In this document: in pieces, positions 1-9,783 of the stretch
Layout of the letters: each line of letters begins with the position of its first letter
How positions within the stretch are numbered: position 1 is the first letter of the stretch
Assembly: GCA_964474325.1 (NCBI GenBank)
Contig: CAYYSS010000001.1
Span: 1-35,769, forward strand
Reading direction: 5' to 3'
Length of the DNA stretch: 35,769 nucleotides
Origin: an uncultured Nitrospirota bacterium
Lineage (GTDB): Bacteria > Nitrospirota > Thermodesulfovibrionia > SZUA-242 > CAYYSS01
Translations under genes and position numbers: made by a program
The notes under the pieces: generated by a model
What the model saw: the letters and a program-made list of their open reading frames with translations, nothing else
Database searches by the model: none
What the model was told of the DNA's origin: nothing

Positions 1-1124
1 GGGCGGCGGGCATCGGGGGGGGGGAACTTCTCTACGCGGGCTCCCGGGAGCGATTTCTGGAAACGTCCCGGACCCTGACGGCGGAATACCTCAGGGGCGA
101 GCGGGGAGGCAGTATGCGCAGTGCTCCCCTCCGGAGGGGGAGAGGGTGGCTCACGCTGAAAGGCGCCCACGGACGGAACCTGAAGAACGTGGATGTTTCG
201 TTTCCCCTGGGGACGTTTATCTGTATCACCGGGGTGAGCGGATCGGGCAAGACGACCCTTCTTCACGAAACCCTCTACCCGGCCCTGGCAGGGGCCCTCG
301 GGCAGAAGGGCATACCCCGCCCGTTGCCGTATTACGAACTGACCGGGGCCGAGGATCTCCGCAAAGTCCGTCTGGTGGATCAGAATCCCATCGGCCGAAG
401 TCCCCGGTCAAATCCCGCAACGTACGTAAAGGTCTGGGACTCCGTCCGGAAGATCTACGCCGCCCAACCCGACGCCCTCCGCCGCGGTTTCGGGCCGGGG
501 CATTTTTCGTTTAACGTGGCCGGCGGCCGCTGTGAGGACTGCAAGGGCGAGGGGTTCCAGAAACTCGAGATGTATTTTTTCGAGGATCTGTACGTAGCCT
601 GCGATACCTGCAAAGGACGACGTTTTCGGCCCGAAGTACTGGACGTCCGGTTCCGGGGCGCCGATATCCACCAGGTCCTGGACATGACCGTGGACCAGGC
701 CGTCACCCATTTCGAGGGGGAGCGGGCCGTCGTGGAGCGGCTTCTGCCGCTTAAGCGGATAGGGCTCGGGTATCTGCGTCTCGGACAGGGAGCGCCTACC
801 CTGTCCGGCGGCGAGGCCCAGCGTCTCAAACTGTGTACCGAACTTGGCCGAGCCGGTTCGGACCAGGCGTTTTTTATCCTCGACGAACCTACTACAGGGC
901 TTCATTTCCACGATGTGGACAAACTGTTGTTCGCCCTTGACGAATTGGTGGATCGGGGCAGTACCGTTGTCGTGATCGAACACAACCCCGATGTTATCCG
1001 CCGCGCGGATTGGATTATCGACCTGGGTCCCGAGGGGGGTCCCGAGGGGGGGCGCGTGATAGCCGTGGGGCCGCCGGAGGCCATCAGAAACACCCCCGAA
1101 TCCCTCACGGGTCGTTTTATCTGA
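1..1124 (+). CDS. uvrA: Excinuclease ABC subunit A (UvrA), C-terminal ~373 aa; the 5' end lies upstream of the window
   Basis: Frame 3 is open from the window edge (first full codon at nt 3), so the track start at 114 is only an internal Met. The translation contains LTLKGAHGRNLKNVDVSFPLGTFICITGVSGSGKTTLL (Walker A of the second ABC module), the zinc-finger pairs CEDCKGEG and CDTCKGRR, the ABC signature LSGGEAQRLKL, Walker B FFILDEPTTGLH, and DLGPEGG near the C-terminus. Confidence 0.95.
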   Translation, partial: AAGIGGGELLYAGSRERFLETSRTLTAEYLRGERGGSMRSAPLRRGRGWLTLKGAHGRNLKNVDVSFPLGTFICITGVSGSGKTTLLHETLYPALAGALGQKGIPRPLPYYELTGAEDLRKVRLVDQNPIGRSPRSNPATYVKVWDSVRKIYAAQPDALRRGFGPGHFSFNVAGGRCEDCKGEGFQKLEMYFFEDLYVACDTCKGRRFRPEVLDVRFRGADIHQVLDMTVDQAVTHFEGERAVVERLLPLKRIGLGYLRLGQGAPTLSGGEAQRLKLCTELGRAGSDQAFFILDEPTTGLHFHDVDKLLFALDELVDRGSTVVVIEHNPDVIRRADWIIDLGPEGGPEGGRVIAVGPPEAIRNTPESLTGRFI

Positions 1125-1135
1125 GACGGTGGTTC

Positions 1136-1170
1136 GCGTTTCCGTAAACCTGGAGACGCTTCGAATTGTT
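1136..1170 (+). terminator. Possible intrinsic terminator of uvrA
   Basis: GCGTTTCC (1136-1143) pairs with GGAGACGC (1152-1159), giving an 8-bp stem with one G-U wobble and an 8-nt loop. It is followed by a T-rich stretch, TTCGAATTGTT. A second, weaker option is the 5-bp stem GGTAA/TTACC (1207-1211/1226-1230) followed by AA and a T7 run (1233-1239). Confidence 0.3.
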
Positions 1171-1230
1171 ACGAGCGGCGGTAACGCGGGTTTCCTTACG
1201 TAACGCGGTAAGTTGAAAACTGCAGTTACC
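1142..1230. repeat. Cluster of GTAA/TTAC-containing words, including a perfect 9-bp direct repeat GTAACGCGG
   Basis: GTAACGCGG occurs at 1181-1189 and 1200-1208, 19 bp apart. GTTAC occurs at 1168-1172 and 1225-1229. GTTAC-N8-GTAAC (1168-1185) forms an inverted pair. The cluster sits just upstream of the predicted nuo promoter. Confidence 0.3.
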
Positions 1231-1232
1231 AA

Positions 1233-1270
1233 TTTTTTTGTTGACTCAAGTATGCGTTTACATGTATAAA
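1233..1270 (+). promoter_or_regulatory. Sigma70-type promoter candidate for the nuo operon
   Basis: The -35 is TTGACT (1241-1246), followed by an 18-nt spacer and the -10 TATAAA (1265-1270). It is preceded by a T7 tract (1233-1239) that could act as an UP-like element. This is an AT-rich island in otherwise GC-rich DNA. Confidence 0.45.
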
Positions 1271-1278
1271 AAGCGTCG

Positions 1279-1653
1279 ATGACGCCGGGATCTTACCTAC
1301 CTACGGAATATATGCCGGTTTTAGTGCTGTTGCTTATCGCGGCACTTTTTGGTGCTATTGCCCTTACGATCGGGACGGTCTTTCGGCTCCGGCGACCCTA
1401 CTCCGAAAAACTCAGTCCCTACGAGTCCGGCATGCCGCCCATGGGCGAGACCCGCCAGAGGTTTGACGTGAAGTTCTTCGTGGTTGCCATGCTGTTCGTG
1501 GTCTTCGACGTGGAGACGGTGTTTCTCTACCCCTGGGCATTGGTATACGATTCATTGGGCATGTTCGCGCTGGTCGAGATGTTTTTCTTTATCCTGATTC
1601 TTCTGGTCGGGTACGTCTACGCGTGGAAGCGGGGGGCCTTTTCGTGGAGCTGA
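1279..1653 (+). CDS. nuoA: NADH-quinone oxidoreductase subunit A
   Basis: The 124-aa product has three hydrophobic segments and conserved PYESGMPP and [26 protein letters not shown]. It is the first gene of the nuo series. No Shine-Dalgarno sequence precedes ATG 1279. An alternative start is ATG 1312. Confidence 0.9.
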   Translation: MTPGSYLPTEYMPVLVLLLIAALFGAIALTIGTVFRLRRPYSEKLSPYESGMPPMGETRQRFDVKFFVVAMLFVVFDVETVFLYPWALVYDSLGMFALVEMFFFILILLVGYVYAWKRGAFSWS

Positions 1654-2165
1654 AGCACGACGTCCTGGAGCCTGTTGAGACCCCGGAAGGGGTGAAGATC
1701 TATTCCCCCAACATAATGGTGGCCACGGCGGATAAATTCATCAACTGGGCCCGGTCCAGTTCCCTCTGGCCCGTAACCTTCGGGCTCGCCTGCTGCGCCA
1801 TCGAGATGATGACAACGGGTTCGGCCCAATACGATCTGGACCGCCTGGGAGTAATCTTCAGGGGTTCGCCCCGCCAGGCGGATTTCATGATGGTGGCCGG
1901 TACCGTTACGAAGAAAATGGCCCCGATCGTTCGCAAGGTCTACGATCAGATGCCTGAGCCGCGGTATGTATTGTCGCTCGGTTCCTGTGCGTGTTCCGGT
2001 GGAATTTTCGATACCTACGCGGTGGTCCAGGGCTGTGATAATTTCGTGCCCATCGACGTCTACGTGCCCGGCTGTCCGCCGCGGCCGGAAGCGATCATGC
2101 ACGGCCTGGTGAAGCTCCAGGAAAAGATCAGAAAGGAACAGTTCCGGTGGAGCCGCTGGCGCTAG
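1623..2165 (+). CDS. nuoB: NADH-quinone oxidoreductase subunit B (cluster N2 subunit)
   Basis: Motifs [18 protein letters not shown] and VPGCPPRPE supply the N2 cluster cysteines. The start is GTG at 1623, or GTG at 1644 preceded by a G-rich SD. The gene overlaps the nuoA stop at 1653. Confidence 0.93.
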   Translation: MEAGGLFVELKHDVLEPVETPEGVKIYSPNIMVATADKFINWARSSSLWPVTFGLACCAIEMMTTGSAQYDLDRLGVIFRGSPRQADFMMVAGTVTKKMAPIVRKVYDQMPEPRYVLSLGSCACSGGIFDTYAVVQGCDNFVPIDVYVPGCPPRPEAIMHGLVKLQEKIRKEQFRWSRWR

Positions 2166-2686
2166 CCGAAGCGATCAAGGAGCGTTTCCCCGACCAGGTC
2201 CTCGGGACCGAGGCGTTCCGGGACCAGGTTACCCTGGACATCCGTCGGGAAGGGATTGTCGACCTATGCCGGACCCTTCACGACGACACGGATTTCGCGA
2301 TGGATTTTCTCGCGGATCTCTGCGGCGTCGATTTTCTCGGTAAACGGACCCCCCGGTACGCGGTGGTCTACAACCTCTACTCCATGACCCATCGGCACCG
2401 GATCATCCTTCGGGCCGGCGTGCCGGAAGACGATCCGCGGATCGATTCCGTGGTGCCGATATGGATCGGGGCCGACTGGCACGAACGGGAGGCCTACGAC
2501 ATGTACGGAATCTCCTTTACCGGGCACCCGGATCTCCGGCGGGTCCTCATGCCCGAAGACTACGAGGGGCATCCCCTCCGCAAAGACTACCCCGTGAAAG
2601 GGCCCGGGCCCGAGGGTGAATGGCAGGGCTACCTGGACGTGGAAGAGAAGGCCCGCCGGTTCGAGGAATTTCGATGGAAACCGTAA
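2147..2686 (+). CDS. nuoC: NADH-quinone oxidoreductase subunit C
   Basis: The 179-aa product contains [23 protein letters not shown] and HPLRKDYP, typical of the 30-kDa subunit. The GTG start overlaps the end of nuoB. It is not fused to nuoD. Confidence 0.93.
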   Translation: MEPLALAEAIKERFPDQVLGTEAFRDQVTLDIRREGIVDLCRTLHDDTDFAMDFLADLCGVDFLGKRTPRYAVVYNLYSMTHRHRIILRAGVPEDDPRIDSVVPIWIGADWHEREAYDMYGISFTGHPDLRRVLMPEDYEGHPLRKDYPVKGPGPEGEWQGYLDVEEKARRFEEFRWKP

Positions 2687-3882
2687 AGACTCCGGAACAG
2701 CGGGATCCGATCGCCGAAAAGACCATTACGGTCCATATGGGCCCCCAGCACCCGGCGACCCACGGGGTGCTTCATCTATTGCTGGAACTGGACGGCGAGA
2801 CGGTGGTCAAGTGTACGCCGGACGTGGGCTATCTTCACCGGGGGATCGAGAAACTCTCGGAACACCGCACGTACCTTCAGATCATCCCCCTGACGGACCG
2901 GCTGGACTATATCTCGTCCATGTCGAACAACATCGGCTACTGCGTTGCCGTGGAAAAGCTTCTGGGAATCGAAGCACCCCCCCGGGCCAAGTTCATCCGG
3001 ACGATCTGCGGGGAGATGTCCCGTATCTCGAGCCATCTGTTGTGGCTCGCGACCCATGCGCTGGATATCGGTGCCATGACCGTATTTCTCTATGCGTTCC
3101 GGGAGCGTGAGGTGATACTGGACCTTTTCGAACGACTCTGCGGCGCACGGCTTACCGTGAGCTACCCCCGGATCGGCGGGGTGCGGAACGATATCCCGGA
3201 CCAGGCGTGGCTGGATACGTTGAAAAAATTCATCGAGGATTTCCCTGCGCACATGGATGAGTACGAGACCCTGATCGACCAGAACAGGATCTGGCTCAAG
3301 CGTACGAAAGGGATCGGGGTCCTGTCCCGGGAAGAGGCGATCAACTGGGGGCTTACGGGCGCGACCCTGCGGGGTTCCGGGATCGATTACGACATCCGCC
3401 GCTACATGCCCTACGACGCCTACGATCAGGTGGAGTTCGAGGTGCCTACCGGGACGGAGGGGGACGTCTATGACCGGTATCGTTGCCGGATGGTGGAACT
3501 CAGACAGGCCGCCCGCATCATGGAGCAGTGTATCGAAAAACTTCCCGACGGCCCTGTCCTGGCGGACGAACCCAAATTCATTCTCCCGCCGAAAGACAAG
3601 GTCCTTGCGGACATGGAGCATTTGATCCACCATTTCGTATTGGTTGCCAAAGGGCCCAAGACCCCCGAGGGATCTCTCTACGTCTCCACGGAGGTTCCCA
3701 AAGGCGAATTGGGGTTCTATATCGTGAGCGACGGCACGGGCAAACCGTGGCGTATGCGGGTCCGCTCCCCCTCCTTCGTCCACGCCTCGGTCCTCGGACG
3801 CCTGAGCGAGGGGCACATGGTCGCCGACGTAATCGCCAATATCGGCACCATCGATATCGTCCTCGGGGAGTGCGACCGCTGA
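2674..3882 (+). CDS. nuoD: NADH-quinone oxidoreductase subunit D
   Basis: Motifs [13 protein letters not shown] and GYLHRGIEK are present, with the C-terminal [10 protein letters not shown] chose ATG 2674 (METVKTPEQ) rather than the track start 2620, which would lie deep inside nuoC. With 2674 the overlap with nuoC is 13 nt. Confidence 0.93.
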   Translation: METVKTPEQRDPIAEKTITVHMGPQHPATHGVLHLLLELDGETVVKCTPDVGYLHRGIEKLSEHRTYLQIIPLTDRLDYISSMSNNIGYCVAVEKLLGIEAPPRAKFIRTICGEMSRISSHLLWLATHALDIGAMTVFLYAFREREVILDLFERLCGARLTVSYPRIGGVRNDIPDQAWLDTLKKFIEDFPAHMDEYETLIDQNRIWLKRTKGIGVLSREEAINWGLTGATLRGSGIDYDIRRYMPYDAYDQVEFEVPTGTEGDVYDRYRCRMVELRQAARIMEQCIEKLPDGPVLADEPKFILPPKDKVLADMEHLIHHFVLVAKGPKTPEGSLYVSTEVPKGELGFYIVSDGTGKPWRMRVRSPSFVHASVLGRLSEGHMVADVIANIGTIDIVLGECDR

Positions 3883-4409
3883 TGGCACATACGGAGAACG
3901 TACAGGCGGATATCAGGGTGCCGGAATCCTTTGACAAGCGGCCGCGGCTTTCCGACGAGGCCCTCCGGGAGATACGCACGATCCGGGACGGATACCCCTC
4001 GGCGCGAAGCGCTCTTCTGCCCGCCCTCTACGTTGCGGAACGGGAAATGGGATGGCTTTCCCCCGATGCCATGGTTGCGGTGGCGGATGCCCTGGAGCTG
4101 TCGCCGGCCACGGTCCGGGGTGTTGCGACCTTCTATTCCATGTATAAACACCGTCCCCTCGGGCGGCACCTGATCCAGCTCTGTACCAACGTGAGCTGTA
4201 TGATCCTCGGCGCGGAGACCCTGCTGGACCACGTCCGGAAGACCTTCAACGTGGAAGTGGGCGGCACGAGCCCCGACGGCCGGTTTTCCCTCATCATCAT
4301 GGAGTGCATCGGGGCCTGCGGCACCGCGCCGGCCATGATGGTTGACGACGACTTCCACGAAAATCTTACGGCCGAGGGGATCATCCGGATCCTGGAGAGG
4401 TACGAGTAG
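3882..4409 (+). CDS. nuoE: NADH-quinone oxidoreductase subunit E (2Fe-2S N1a)
   Basis: ATG 3882 overlaps the nuoD stop (TGATG). The 175-aa product carries CTNVSCMILG and ECIGACGTAP, the four 2Fe-2S cysteines. The track ORF from 3483 is a 5' over-extension through nuoD. Confidence 0.93.
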   Translation: MAHTENVQADIRVPESFDKRPRLSDEALREIRTIRDGYPSARSALLPALYVAEREMGWLSPDAMVAVADALELSPATVRGVATFYSMYKHRPLGRHLIQLCTNVSCMILGAETLLDHVRKTFNVEVGGTSPDGRFSLIIMECIGACGTAPAMMVDDDFHENLTAEGIIRILERYE

Positions 4410-4410
4410 C

Positions 4411-5670
4411 GTGGAAAGCGTGTTTCTCAGAAACATCGACCGCCCCGATTCGGCCACCCTCAAGGCCTATCGGGAGGCCGGGGGATACAAGAGGCTGGAA
4501 AAGGCCCTGGCCATGGAGCCGGGGGATATTATCGAAATGGTCAAGGCCGCGAATCTCCGGGGCCGGGGCGGGGCCGGATTTCCCACGGGGATGAAGTGGA
4601 CCTTCGCCTCCGGTGATCCGAAGTTTCCCAAGGTCCTCCTCTGCAACGCCGACGAAGGCGAGCCCGGCACGTTCAAGGACCGGCCCATACTCGAGAAAAA
4701 CCCCCACCTTCTTATCGAAGGGATGATCATCTCCGGCCATGCGCTCAAGGCGACCATGGGGTGGATCTACCTCCGGAACGAATATCCCGACGCCCTTGGA
4801 ATCCTCCGCGGGGCAATTGCCGAGGCCTACGAGGCGGGGTACCTCGGCAAGAACATCAACGGCACCGACGTCTCGTTTGATCTGGGGGTACACCGGGGGG
4901 CGGGGGCGTACATCTGCGGTGAAGAGACCGCGCTCATCGAATCCCTGGAAGGCAAAAAGGGTCAGCCCCGGATCAAACCGCCGTTTCCGGTGAACGTGGG
5001 GGCCTGGGGAAAACCCACCATCGTCAACAACGTGGAGACCCTCTCGAACCTTCCGTATATTCTGGAAGTCGGCCCCGAGGCCTATGCGGCGATCGGCAGT
5101 CCCGACTGCCCCGGCCCCAAGCTCTATTGCGTGAGCGGCCACGTTGCCCGTCCCGGGGTCTACGAACTTCCCATGGGGACGTCGCTCAGAGAGATCATCT
5201 TCGAGCACGCCGGGGGAATGAAGGACGGGGGGGAACTGAAGGCCGTGATTCCCGGGGGCATTTCAACCCCGGTACTGACGCCGGACGCAATAGACTGTCC
5301 CATGGACTTCGTCAATATGCCCAAGCACGGCAGTATGCTCGGTTCCGGGGCGGTGATTGTCATGGACCGATCGGTCTGTATGGTCAAGGTCTGTCTCCGG
5401 GCCCTTCAGTTCTTCGAGCACGAGTCGTGCGGGAAATGCACACCCTGCCGGGAAGGGACGGTCTGGCTCCGTAAGATCCTGGCCCGGCTCGAAGGCGGCG
5501 AGGGGCGGGACGGCGACAGCGATCTCCTCCTTGAGGTGGCCGGCAACATCGCCGGAAAGACGTTCTGTCCCCTGGGAGAGGGCGCGGCGAGCGTTGTGAA
5601 GAATTTCGTTGAAAAATTCCGCGAGGAATTCGACTCCCATATCGCCCGGAAGGGGTGTCCGCTGCAATGA
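4411..5670 (+). CDS. nuoF: NADH-quinone oxidoreductase subunit F (FMN/NADH-binding, N3)
   Basis: The GTG at 4411 lies 1 nt after the nuoE stop. Motifs GRGGAGFPTGMKW, NADEGEPGTFKDR and ESCGKCTPCREG are present. The track start 4342 lies inside nuoE. Confidence 0.92.
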   Translation: MESVFLRNIDRPDSATLKAYREAGGYKRLEKALAMEPGDIIEMVKAANLRGRGGAGFPTGMKWTFASGDPKFPKVLLCNADEGEPGTFKDRPILEKNPHLLIEGMIISGHALKATMGWIYLRNEYPDALGILRGAIAEAYEAGYLGKNINGTDVSFDLGVHRGAGAYICGEETALIESLEGKKGQPRIKPPFPVNVGAWGKPTIVNNVETLSNLPYILEVGPEAYAAIGSPDCPGPKLYCVSGHVARPGVYELPMGTSLREIIFEHAGGMKDGGELKAVIPGGISTPVLTPDAIDCPMDFVNMPKHGSMLGSGAVIVMDRSVCMVKVCLRALQFFEHESCGKCTPCREGTVWLRKILARLEGGEGRDGDSDLLLEVAGNIAGKTFCPLGEGAASVVKNFVEKFREEFDSHIARKGCPLQ

Positions 5671-8225
5671 TCACGGTTACGATCAACGAACGGGAGATCC
5701 AGCTCGACGAGGCGGTAACGGTTCTCGAAGCGGCCCGCTCGGCGGGGATCGATATCCCCACGCTCTGCTGGCACGAAGGTCTTTCCCAGTACGGCGGGTG
5801 CAGGCTCTGTCTCGTGGAAGTGGAGAAAATGCCCCGGCTTCAGACCGCCTGTACGCTCAAGACCACCGACGGTATGGTCGTGAGGACCGAGACCGAGCAG
5901 ATTGCCGACGCACGGCGGGCCATGCTGGAATTCATACTGACGAACCATCCCCTGGACTGCCCCTTCTGCGACAAGGCGGGAGAATGCGAACTCCAGGATC
6001 TGGTCTACCGGTACGGCGGGACCGCCGGCCGGTTCGCGGAACCCAAGGAGCGGCGGCCCGAAAGCAACGTGGACCCGATTCTTGCCCGGAACATGGAACG
6101 ATGTATCTCCTGTACCCGGTGCGTCCGAATGTGTGACGGTGTGCAGGGGGCCTCGGCTATCGACATGGTGCACCGGGGCGGGCATACGGTTATGGAGCCC
6201 TTTACCGGCGGTGTCTACGATTGCGAGTACTGCGGCAACTGCCTGACCGTCTGTCCGGTGGGTTCGATACTTTCAAGGCTCTATAAACAGAGCTTCCGCC
6301 CCTGGCAGATGGAGCGGAACGTCCGCTCGGTATGCGGTTACTGCGGGGTGGGGTGTAATTTCGAGATCCAGGTCCGGGACGAAAAGGTCAAACGGGTCCT
6401 GCCGAAGATCGGCATGGGGCACAACGACGGGCTTCTGTGTTCCCGGGGGCGTTTCGGGTACGAGACCGTGGACCATCCCGATCGTTTAACCGCACCGCTT
6501 ATCCGCAAGGACGGGGAACTGGCGGAAAGTTCCTGGGAAGAGGCCCTGAGCCTCGTGGCGCGGCGGCTCGGGGAGATCCGGGATGCACACGGAAGCACAG
6601 CCCTCGGCGCCGTGGCGTCGGTTCGAGCCACGAACGAGGATAACTACACCCTTCAGAAATTCTGCCGCGGCGTACTGGGGACAAACAATATCGACAGTAC
6701 GGCCCGGCTTGGATACGCAGGGGCGCAAAGGTACCTGGAAGAACTGCGGGGCCAGGGTGTTACCGCCAACGTGATGAGCGGTATCGCCAGGGCGGGAGCA
6801 GTGGTGATCGCCGGCGGGGATCCGACCCGGATCAATCCGATCCTGGGGCTCCGTGTCCGGGCGGCGGCCCGGGCGGGGGGGCGTATCGTCACCGTGGGGC
6901 CCATGGCGGGCCTTCGGAGTTTCGAACCCCTTGTCCTCAACGGCTCCCGTGCGAACGACGTACTGGCGAAACTCACTGCGGCCGTATTGAAACGCACGGA
7001 GCCCACCGGGGAACTTCCCGTTCTCGAGGAAAAGATCAGGGCCATGGTCCCCGCCGAGGTTGACGCGGCGAGTGAAACTGCGGCCGAGGTCCTCGCTTCA
7101 GCCGAGTCGGTGGCCTTCCTTATCGGTCCGGATCTGGTGGGCCGGGCCGACGGTCACGTGGGGCTGTTCTGGATGGCCGCCCTGTCGTATCTCATCAGCG
7201 GGCATCTGTTTCTGCTTTCCGACCGCCCCAACGAGCAGGGCGTTCTGGACGCCGGGTGCGAACCCGATATGCTTCCCGGCGGACGCCCCCTTGAGATCGA
7301 GGGCTTCCGGCATCGTTACGAGGAGTCGGCGAAGATCACCGTTCCGGACCAGGCGGGGCTTGATCTCTTTGCCATGCTGGATGAGGCCCGGAGCGGTAAA
7401 CTGAAGGCCCTCTACGTTATGGGCGAAAACCCGGTATTTAATCTTCCCCACGGCGCCCGGGTCCGTGAAGCCCTTGAAAACCTCGAGTTTCTCGTGGTGC
7501 AGGATATCGCCCTCGGCGAGACGGCCCGTATGGCCGACGTGGTCCTGCCGGCCCTCGGCTGGGGGGAGAAAGACGGGACGTTTACGAATCTCGAGCGTCG
7601 GCTCCAGCGGGTACGCGCGGCCGTAGCCCGTGAGGGCAAGGCCGACTGGGAGATTCTTGCGGAGCTTTCCCGCCTGATGGATAACGATCTCGGATTCGCC
7701 CGGGCGGAAGACGTTTTTGCGGAGATGACCGAGACGTCGCCGCTTTATCACGGACTTAGCTGGGACGAACTTCCGGACGACGGCGCCCTCTGGCCCTACG
7801 CCGGGGAACCCCTGCGGGGTGAACTGCGGACGGTACGGATCGAGGCCGGAACGGAAGAGAGTGTTTCCGCGGGTCCCGTACTCGGGGTCAACCGGCGGCT
7901 TCATCTTTCGGGTTCGTTGACCAGGCGCTCACCTGCCCTGGGGAAGATCGCCCCCTCTGCCGAGGTACGGCTAGCGCCCGAAACCGCGGAGCGTCTCGGA
8001 GTCGCCGGCGGCCAGCGGGTCCGGGTGAGGACCGACCTCGGGACGGCGGGGCCGGCCACCGTCCTGGTGGATGCCTGGGCGCCTGAGGGTGTGGTTTTTC
8101 TCGATAACCATTTTGAGGGCGCAGGTGCTCTGGATCTTATGGACTTTCGTCGGGATCCGATTACCGGTGCGCCGGGATACGGGGACACGGCGGTACGGCT
8201 GGAGTCGATAGAGGGGGAGGACTGA
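5667..8225 (+). CDS. nuoG: NADH-quinone oxidoreductase subunit G (75-kDa Fe-S subunit with a molybdopterin-oxidoreductase-like C-terminal half)
   Basis: There is an ATGA overlap with the nuoF stop. Cysteine motifs CWHEGLSQYGGCRLC (2Fe-2S), HPLDCPFCDKAGEC, CISCTRCVRMC, CEYCGNCLTVCP and CGYCGVGCNF (N7-type) are present. The C-terminal barrel-like segment is EVRLAPETAERLGV...VRVRT. ATG 5655 is also possible. Confidence 0.92.
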   Translation: MITVTINEREIQLDEAVTVLEAARSAGIDIPTLCWHEGLSQYGGCRLCLVEVEKMPRLQTACTLKTTDGMVVRTETEQIADARRAMLEFILTNHPLDCPFCDKAGECELQDLVYRYGGTAGRFAEPKERRPESNVDPILARNMERCISCTRCVRMCDGVQGASAIDMVHRGGHTVMEPFTGGVYDCEYCGNCLTVCPVGSILSRLYKQSFRPWQMERNVRSVCGYCGVGCNFEIQVRDEKVKRVLPKIGMGHNDGLLCSRGRFGYETVDHPDRLTAPLIRKDGELAESSWEEALSLVARRLGEIRDAHGSTALGAVASVRATNEDNYTLQKFCRGVLGTNNIDSTARLGYAGAQRYLEELRGQGVTANVMSGIARAGAVVIAGGDPTRINPILGLRVRAAARAGGRIVTVGPMAGLRSFEPLVLNGSRANDVLAKLTAAVLKRTEPTGELPVLEEKIRAMVPAEVDAASETAAEVLASAESVAFLIGPDLVGRADGHVGLFWMAALSYLISGHLFLLSDRPNEQGVLDAGCEPDMLPGGRPLEIEGFRHRYEESAKITVPDQAGLDLFAMLDEARSGKLKALYVMGENPVFNLPHGARVREALENLEFLVVQDIALGETARMADVVLPALGWGEKDGTFTNLERRLQRVRAAVAREGKADWEILAELSRLMDNDLGFARAEDVFAEMTETSPLYHGLSWDELPDDGALWPYAGEPLRGELRTVRIEAGTEESVSAGPVLGVNRRLHLSGSLTRRSPALGKIAPSAEVRLAPETAERLGVAGGQRVRVRTDLGTAGPATVLVDAWAPEGVVFLDNHFEGAGALDLMDFRRDPITGAPGYGDTAVRLESIEGED

Positions 8226-8227
8226 AT

Positions 8228-9229
8228 ATGCCGGGCATCGTCGATTCCCTGCTTGACTTTATCATCATTCTCATAAAGATCGCCGTGGTCGTGGGCGTAG
8301 CGCTTCTCCATGTGGCTTACGCGACGTGGACGGAACGTAAAATTATCGCCCATATGCAGATTCGGATGGGGCCCATGGAAGTGGGGTTTCACGGCCTGCT
8401 TCAGCCGATCGCCGACGGGGTGAAACTTTTTTTCAAAGAAGATCTGATCCCCGATCAATCGGACAAGGTCGTGTTTTCCATCGCGCCCATGATCTGCATG
8501 TTCGCGGCCATGGGGTCGCTGGCGGTGATCCCGTTCTTCTCCGGGTTCGTACTTGCCGATATCAATGTCGGGCTGTTGTATCTCTTTGCCCTGTCGTCCA
8601 TCGGTGCGTACGGCGTGATCATGGCCGGGTGGGCATCCAACTCCAAGTATGCCTTTCTCGGCGGTCTCCGTTCGTCGGCCCAGGTGATCAGCTACGAGAT
8701 CGCCATGGGGATGAGCCTTGTGGGCGTGATGATGCTGTCGGGGTCGTTGAATCTTTCCGAGATCGTGGAGGCCCAGGCCCGGGCGCCGTACCGCTGGTAC
8801 ATGATCCCCCAGTTTTTCGGGTTCTGCGTGTTCTGCGTCGCGGCTCTTGCCGAGACAAACCGTACACCCTTTGATCTCCCCGAAGCGGAGAGCGAACTGG
8901 TCGCGGGTTATTTCACCGAGTATTCGGGGTTTCGTTTTGCTCTCTTCTTCCTGAGCGAGTACCTGGGTATGCTGGTCATGGCCTCGGTCGCCACGGTCTG
9001 TTTTCTCGGCGGCTGGTATCCGATTCCGGGTTTCGCCTGGCTCCCGCTCCCGGGGATCTTCTGGTTTCTCATGAAGGTCTATGCCCTGTTTTTCTGCTAT
9101 GTCTGGGTGCGGACAACCCTGCCCCGGTACCGGTACGACCAGCTCATGGCGGTCGGCTGGAAGTTCCTCATCCCCCTGGCCCTGGCCAACGTAGTCCTCA
9201 CGGGTCTCTGGAAGGCAGTATTCGGATGA
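8228..9229 (+). CDS. nuoH: NADH-quinone oxidoreductase subunit H
   Basis: This polytopic membrane protein contains WTERKIIAHMQIRMGP and ETNRTPFDLPEAESELVAGY. Confidence 0.95.
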   Translation: MPGIVDSLLDFIIILIKIAVVVGVALLHVAYATWTERKIIAHMQIRMGPMEVGFHGLLQPIADGVKLFFKEDLIPDQSDKVVFSIAPMICMFAAMGSLAVIPFFSGFVLADINVGLLYLFALSSIGAYGVIMAGWASNSKYAFLGGLRSSAQVISYEIAMGMSLVGVMMLSGSLNLSEIVEAQARAPYRWYMIPQFFGFCVFCVAALAETNRTPFDLPEAESELVAGYFTEYSGFRFALFFLSEYLGMLVMASVATVCFLGGWYPIPGFAWLPLPGIFWFLMKVYALFFCYVWVRTTLPRYRYDQLMAVGWKFLIPLALANVVLTGLWKAVFG

Positions 9230-9783
9230 ACAGTCTGATCAAGAAGCTATTTCTCGTCGAGATCGTCAAGGGCATGTCCCTGACCCTCGGGGTCTTTTTA
9301 AAGGGGCTCCTCGACCCCATGAAGGACCAGCAGGAAAAGACCATCGTCACGCGGCGCTATCCCAAGGTGAAACGCCCGGCGGAACCAGGGTTCCGGGGGC
9401 TTCATGCCCTGGCCAAGGACGACGACGGACGGATGAAGTGTGTGGGGTGCGGTATGTGCGCGGCCATCTGCCCGTCTCAGTGTATTCATATCCATACGGA
9501 GGAGACGCCGGACCACAAAAAACAGGTCGTCGGTTACGAAATCGAGGTGCTCCGGTGTGTCTTCTGCGCTCTCTGTGTCGAGGCCTGTCCCTACGGGGCC
9601 GTGGTCCTGACGGAACACTACGAGTATTCCAATTATGCCCGGGAGGACTTCGACTATACCCTGCCGCGCCTGTTGGAAAACTGGGACAATTATATGGCGG
9701 GTGAAAAGGGAAAGAACTATTTCCGGCGTTTCTGGTTGCCGAAGACGGAACTGTTCGAGGGCGGGAAGGCGGACGGGGCATGA
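9226..9783 (+). CDS. nuoI: NADH-quinone oxidoreductase subunit I (2x 4Fe-4S)
   Basis: There is an ATGA overlap with nuoH. Two ferredoxin motifs are present, [12 protein letters not shown] and [12 protein letters not shown]. Confidence 0.95.
   Translation: MNSLIKKLFLVEIVKGMSLTLGVFLKGLLDPMKDQQEKTIVTRRYPKVKRPAEPGFRGLHALAKDDDGRMKCVGCGMCAAICPSQCIHIHTEETPDHKKQVVGYEIEVLRCVFCALCVEACPYGAVVLTEHYEYSNYAREDFDYTLPRLLENWDNYMAGEKGKNYFRRFWLPKTELFEGGKADGA

Noticed and set aside
15-24. A G10 homopolymer tract within the uvrA coding sequence, encoding GGG.
   Set aside because: The reading frame downstream is intact and gives normal UvrA sequence. Only 14 nt lie upstream, so phase variation or an assembly error cannot be assessed from this window. 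I note it only as a possible sequencing or slippage hotspot.
1026-1049. A perfect 12-nt tandem duplication, GGTCCCGAGGGG x2, inside uvrA, encoding GPEGGPEGG.
   Set aside because: The segment has the same length as the Gly-rich GPEGGxxGG stretch found at this position in other UvrA proteins. It is therefore not an insertion and needs no special explanation. It is at most a slippage-prone spot.
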